This document shows, piece by piece, positions 11,699 through 64,000 of a stretch of DNA of 64,000 nucleotides. This stretch comes from Phoronis australis. Its lineage: Eukaryota > Animalia > Phoronida. Below the pieces are notes generated by a model that was not told the DNA's origin, made no database searches, and saw nothing but the letters and a program-made list of their open reading frames with translations. Every line of letters begins with the position of its first letter. The first letter of the stretch is position 1. Where the stretch lies: NCBI GenBank assembly GCA_002633005.1, contig NMRA01000140.1, forward strand, positions 711,395 through 775,394. Reading direction: 5' to 3'. Position numbers and translations under genes: made by a program.

Positions 11699-13541
11699 CC
11701 AGAAAAATGGTGAGGGACCCAGTGGCAGATCTAGGATATCATGAGGAGATTTCATTTTGTATTGTCTGTGTCCAACACAAGTAATTGCTCTCGATTACCC
11801 GTAAATGCTCTCATTTATTTCCGTGTCATTTTACTTTTTTGCAGCCAAGGAAGGGGGGGGGGGGCGCAGGAACCTGATCCAGGATTTTGAGTTAGGGGAA
11901 CCAAGACAGAGTATTTGCCAGGATTTTGCCTGTCAGACATTCGCATCCCCGAAATGCCAAATGGAAACGAGGAGAACTTTAGGGGAGCCATGGCTCCCTT
12001 GGCTCCTCCCTATAAATCCGCCCCTGGGGCAGGACACCTGCGCGGCAACCTTAAATAGGGGACCAATTGAGATGGAACTCGGCCAGAATAATCATTAGAT
12101 GCCTTTTTAGTCATAAGCGTAGCTCTTGCGACCATGACGCTCTGCTCGAACCGTCATACTCTGAGGAATCCGAAGGACACCCTTCGGTACGTGCTGGTCT
12201 ACGTATAGGCGGATCCAGGGGGTTCCCTTTTTCACTTGATTTTAGTGATATCAAATGCATAATTTTCAAATTGTAGTGACCCAGACCCTCCTTTTAAAAA
12301 TCCTTGATCCGAACCCCCCCCCCCCTTAAAAATTCTTGGTCCCACTGTTACGTTTAATCTTGTGTCATCCTAAAACTGAATATTGAAAATAGATCGTTCT
12401 CGCTCTAAAACTACATCGTAAATGCACACCACAGCGTCATTTATTTGCGCCTATATCATGCAAGTCTGTCATATTTAACAGTTAAACCTGGGTATGACCA
12501 AGTCTAAAGTTAAACCTGGTTTAAGATCTTAATGCAGGTCTAAGTAATATAAACCTCGTTGGTGTAATGAAAACTAACTTAGACCTGGGCCCGGTCTCCA
12601 ATCTTTTTACTCGAAATGGAACTCGAAATTAGGTTTAGCATTTTTTACTCTACTTTTGGGCGAACTCAAGATAAGTGTCTATCATTCTATGCTCGAGTAC
12701 ACAATAACTTAACGTAGATAATTTATTGCCCTTAGTTCACAGTTTGTAAACCCAATATTAAATCAATAAGTTCGAGTTTGAACTCGAAATTTCGAGTTTT
12801 TACTCGAGTTTGTAGCACAAATATAAGGGTTTTCAAGGGCAAACTTGAACTAGAAACTCCTATGCATAAACTATAATCTATTCGAGCACAGTCTGATAAC
12901 CAATTATCTTAAGTTCGCAAAAAAGGAGCAGAGAAATTGCCAAAAATAGTTTGGAGTTCGTTTCGAGTACAAAGATTAGAGACCGGGCCCAGGTCTAAAC
13001 AGAAGTTAAACCAGGTTTTACTAGACCACGGGTCTAAAAGTTAAACCACCTTTATGAAATGCAGATTATCTTTAAACCTGATCTAAGTCCAGTTTAAACC
13101 AGGTTTAACTTTAAACCACCTTTATGAAATCGGCTGAATATGTCCAGAATAACTGGTATTGTCAAGACGAGCACATTCGGCGTTGTGAGGGCAAGAGAGT
13201 TCGTATTCCGTGACGTTAGTCGAGCTAAGGATGCGAACCTTTCCGCGAGTATTGAATCATATTACATGATTTGGAGCTCGTACAGCAGTTCGACAAAGTT
13301 ATTACGGACGCCCACGGCCTAGTAATGTTTTTGCTGAATATGCACCACTAGAAGCAGGATATTCTAAGCGCGCACCCAGCTTAAAATATAAGGGAGCACG
13401 AATTTTTCGGTACACGGACCTTTTACTGAGGAATATCAACGAGGACTAAAAAAACGGGGTCACTAGGCTCAGGCTTAAGGATTGCGCATCCCCGCCGAAT
13501 TCCTGTGGACTTTGTGGCCTTTTGTCTCGTTTGCTCGGACT
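11699..13541 (+). repeat. Copy 1 of a local duplication (about 1.45 kb plus the nested MITE)
   Basis: Near-identical to 19577-21026 from CCAGAAAAATGGTGAGGG to TTTGCTCGGACT. Confidence 0.9.
12588..12989. mobile_element. Family B MITE (402 bp, Harbinger-like) inserted into family A
   Basis: TIRs GGCCCGGTCTCCAATCTTT / AAAGATTAGAGACCGGGCC, flanked by CTG and CAG. The empty site TTAGACCAGGTCTAA is visible in the duplicate near 20470. Confidence 0.88.
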
Positions 13542-15124
13542 GTTTGTTTCATTGAGGCGGACCTTTTTGCCCAATTCGCCAAATTGGGGGGCTCCTTCGA
13601 GCCTCCCCCGGGTGCTCCAATGTATTCAACTGCAGAGTTAGCCAAGTTAAGCGAAAAGAAAAATTTTCGTGAATAATAACCGATAGTGTGGCAAAATGGT
13701 CGATATTTAGGGCGTCCAAATAGTTTTTCTTTTGAAGGTCGCTCCTAAGCAAACATTTGTCGGTGAAACGTGGGATTCTCGCGCCGCATTATCTAAGCAG
13801 ACTATACTGTGTGGCCTTATTTTTTATTATCTGCAAGATTGACTGACGGGATTCAAAGACTTCAAAGTATTGAACGGTAAACGAGATTTTCACAGATTTT
13901 TAACCGACGCTAACACTGCAGCAGGTTACCACTGAAATTCACCAGAATGAACTTTAACACATTTCAATTCTGGACAGGTCCCTACGACCCTTTGCAATCA
14001 CAGAAACCTTTCTTATTCAAAATACGAATTTTAACGTCAGATTTACAAATATATGAGTTTTCTAAAATGGATTTAAAATCCTGACAAACACCTTTTCTTG
14101 AAATGTTAATTTTTATCCATCCAGAACAGTTCACGATCGAAACAATTTTTACTAGTCATAAACAAATCTTTTAAGAAATTTATGTGTCACGGGATTTTGA
14201 TGCTGGTTAAAAATCGATTAAATCGATATAATACTTCTTCAAAGCAGCAAATTATGTAGATAGTTCGACGAATTAAACAACGATCACCATGCCCGGATCC
14301 AAAAATAATTGCGCCCGAGGATTATTATGTATCAAGAAAATGTCGTTCCGAGCTTTATCAGTGAATGTGTATTTGGTTAAGGAGTTTAAATTAGGATGCC
14401 TCTTCAGTGATCTGTAACGATATAGCAATATCGTAAGGCTCTCGGATACGCCCACGTGGTTTTACCCTTTATGATAGCGCATTGTGCGTTTTACCTATTG
14501 TCAGGATCTCGGGGGGATACTCGACTACAATTTGAAAGGAGTGCAGCTGGAAAATTAGATTACCCACCCATGTGGGGAGTGCATTCGAAATAAAAAGATC
14601 CATTTGTGGTTATCTTAGATGAAAAAACACCCTTTCATAGGAGTTAAGTCCATGAACTTTAACCGGGAAACAAGACAAGAAGAGACACCGTTGTAACCAA
14701 TATTTTAAAATTATAGATGATATTAAAAATACTTCGATTTTTGTTGCTGACAAATGATGCACGTGCTAGAGTACCGAACGCTTTTTTGGAGGGGGGGGGG
14801 CGGAATCTTGTCGATAAAGGCAGCATTTAATAGGGAAGGTGTTTCAAAATGGTAACCCTTAGCAGCACGAAAATTGGTCATCACAGAAAAAGACCAATCA
14901 TTTCTCGGAGCGACACGTCGCTTAAACCTCTTTTATGAGAACACCCCCGACGTATTGGGTCATACACTGATCGTGGTAAACACAATAGCCTCACAGCTAA
15001 TAAGTTTTTTGAAAGGTTTACATAGTTCGCATACTAAAGCGAGTTGTTCAAGTACGTATGTTATATACATCTGACCAGGATATTGGACTCAGAGGACAGA
15101 GTGGCGATCAGTGACGCGGGAATC

Positions 15125-61624
<46,500 letters not shown>

Positions 61625-61778
61625 CAGCAATGAATGTTTGTCAGTATAAATTGTGTCAGTCCAACAGCCAGGATGTTTGGGATGTGATTTAAAGGATTTA
61701 AAGGACTACTTTTTGGTTATGTCAGCCAATTCTTATTATGCCCTCTGTGTTTCTTGAGTGATAAAAGCGGGATTTATC

Positions 61779-61784
61779 AATAAA
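61779..61784 (+). promoter_or_regulatory. Candidate polyadenylation signal of the giant gene
   Basis: AATAAA about 155 nt after the stop. A second candidate lies near 62484. Confidence 0.5.
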
Positions 61785-64000
61785 CACTTAATCATTGTGT
61801 CATAAGATAGGCCCTGTTGTTTCCAATGGCGTATAGTCCACCGGAATTGTTTTGTAACTCGCCTAAAGGGTGAGTCGCTCTTGTGGTTTAGCAGGCATTG
61901 TATTGAACTCAGTTTTCAAATATCCAACTTTTGAGTGTGAACAGGGGCTATTATTGGATGGGTGGGAAAGTCGTGGTTGGTATCTCTGAATTGAGGTGAA
62001 ACCGGTTTTAAGCTACCCAGTGTTCAAGTGCGACTGGTTTCACGAGTTTGCTACATGCTTCATATAATCTTGAAACGTGTAAATTTCATCCACTCTAATT
62101 ACGACCAGACAGTGGAATATAAACTTACAGAGAACCTTAAGAATTTTGGTACTACTAACCTCAGTTGTCTATTATGTTTTTCCGTGTTATGATAATTTCA
62201 CATTTTTTGTATAAGCATGGGTTGTGCATGTCCCTAATTGGATTTGAAACTCTGTGTTCATTTAACATGCAGGACATATGCAATTTTACGTAGTTTAAAA
62301 TATCTTTAAGTATTTCTTACATTCCACTTCACACTTAATTCATTTTACGCGTAAAAGAGATGGGCGTGAGCTGTCTTCAACGTCAGCTGTGGCGTTTTTT
62401 ATTGCACGTTTTACCAGAGATTTTTATTTTTTACATATCGTGTTTTATTTCCATCACTATTCTTTGCATTTGTACTCTGTTATAATAAATGGCCTTATAT
62501 CGCCAACCTCGGTCTCCTTTTCATCTCTGGTAACGAGCTTGTGACGCACGCTTGCTTACTCGGGACATATGTCGATCATAAAGTTACTTATAATTACTGT
62601 CAGCTCATCGTCAGTGATGGTGAAAGATATGAGTTATAGTAACACAGGTTCAGGGCACGAAGTTGTCAACGCTACAGCTGCCAGAAAGATCTGCTGGTAA
62701 TGAAAGTCTGAAATGTTTGGAACAAGAGCAAATTAGCGTGTTATCCATTACAGATCAGACAACGAAATCTCCTGCAGTGCCATCTTTGATTCTTTTTGGG
62801 AGAAGCGTGTGCTTTGTTTTTAATACGGCGGGTCAGGGCATCGAATGAAGTCCAGATGCTGGTTTCATAAAAAACGACGAGATTTATGTAAAAAAATCCG
62901 GCTAAGCTCCACCCAACTATTTTCGGAAAATAAGTTAATCTCTTCCCAACAAAGTATACAAACTCCGGACGAGTATATAACGATACTGGCAGCTCAATCA
63001 AACAAACTTGTACAAATTATTGTTGAACTCCGGTGTTCTAACAATTACGTGCCAAAAAGTTTATTTAGTGTAACAACGATCTACTGTGTATGAGTGGAAG
63101 ACAAAATTTGTACCTGAATTCATTGCCAGTTTAAGCAATTGCGAGAGGATCCCAAGTGAGACTCTGTCCCGGAACTGGGCAAGAGTAGCTAATCAGGGAC
63201 CTCGCGCTTGCGCCAATTACAATAAAAAATGCTACCTTCGTCAAATATATACATTTTGCGTAAATTAAAGTTTCGAAGGTTTTGCAACTCCGTATTTTAA
63301 CAAAACCCAAACTGTAAATTTAAGAATGGTCAAAAATAAAGAAATCCCTGTCGTCTCGGTGAGTGCCTGTTCTACGAAGGCCGCGATTTTCGTGCGCAAG
63401 CTTAAGCTTTGAGCAGCATTACCCCCACTCCTGACCTTACACATATCGAAAATGGCGGCCAGGGACCCAACACAAATAGAGACTTTCCAAATCAAGTTCA
63501 CACCACCTGAAGTCAGTGCTTTCACACTGGCGTAGAAACATTTGTACGTTTGGTATTGTGAGCGCGGGACCCCAAAAAGCGCGAGGCCCGTAAAATATGC
63601 TACTTCTGCTACGTTGCTAATCCGGCACTGCTTGAAACTTGAGAAAACTGTTTCATAAAACACACTCCTGTTCAGAGCAAAAACAGAGCTTTAACATTCG
63701 AAAGGTGTCACTAAAATAGAATCAGCCCAGTACGGAATTGTGTTTTTACCATCACCTTTTTCATATCAATTCGTCGACATTTAACTTTGGCGGCCATTCT
63801 GCAAGCGCAACAACCGGAGATTCAAAAACTAATATTTGAGAATTTTCTTCAAAAGTCAGTTTACTTTAAGGAACATGAAATCATGTTGAAAACGCGTTAT
63901 TTAGAAATGTGTTTTGACTTAGTCGGTTTGCGTTGTCATCTTATAAGCATTTGAAATTATAATATGAAGTGGAAAGAATGTCGTTAAAAAATAACGACAG

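Larger units (their letters stand above)
10172..13136. mobile_element. Non-autonomous TIR DNA transposon family A (PIF/Harbinger-like) with nested insertions
   Basis: TIR CAGCCGATTTCATAAAGG / CCTTTATGAAATCGGCTG, with a 3-bp TSD AAT at 10169-10171 and 13137-13139. Subterminal palindromes AAACCWGGTTT and AGACCWGGTCT. No transposase ORF. Confidence 0.75.

Noticed and set aside
63265-63663. 132-aa minus-strand ORF
   Set aside because: No recognisable motif or splice support.

Overview
Eukaryotic DNA, AT-rich, with spliceosomal introns and dense TEs, most likely from a marine invertebrate (inferred; the species cannot be named). It holds two genes. The first is the last two coding exons of a divergent SLC6/SNF-family transporter (2000-3761, +). 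The second is one giant 25-exon gene (15125-61624, +) that I spliced by hand. Every junction is phase-consistent and the CDS is 10,125 nt, about 3,374 aa. The predicted protein is secreted and has a signal peptide, a propeptide ending in RKRR, a Gla-like motif, a Ca-binding EGF plus EGF/Cys-rich modules, then about 16 FN3/Ig-like 'DxTPP' repeats, with no TM anchor. One of its introns is GC-AG. The mobile DNA includes a decayed CR1/L2-type LINE with a 2A-like DVESNPGP motif, a young 5'-truncated L1/Tx1-like LINE with a 14-bp TSD, nested Harbinger-like MITEs and a hAT-like MITE carrying a tRNA-like cassette. There are also other MITEs, a 1.45-kb duplication, minisatellites and three single-N assembly gaps (27267, 39355, 51352). 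The best novelty candidate is the giant protein, which may be vitamin-K-dependent because its N-terminus mirrors the layout of vertebrate Gla proteins. All family assignments are by eye, with no database searches.
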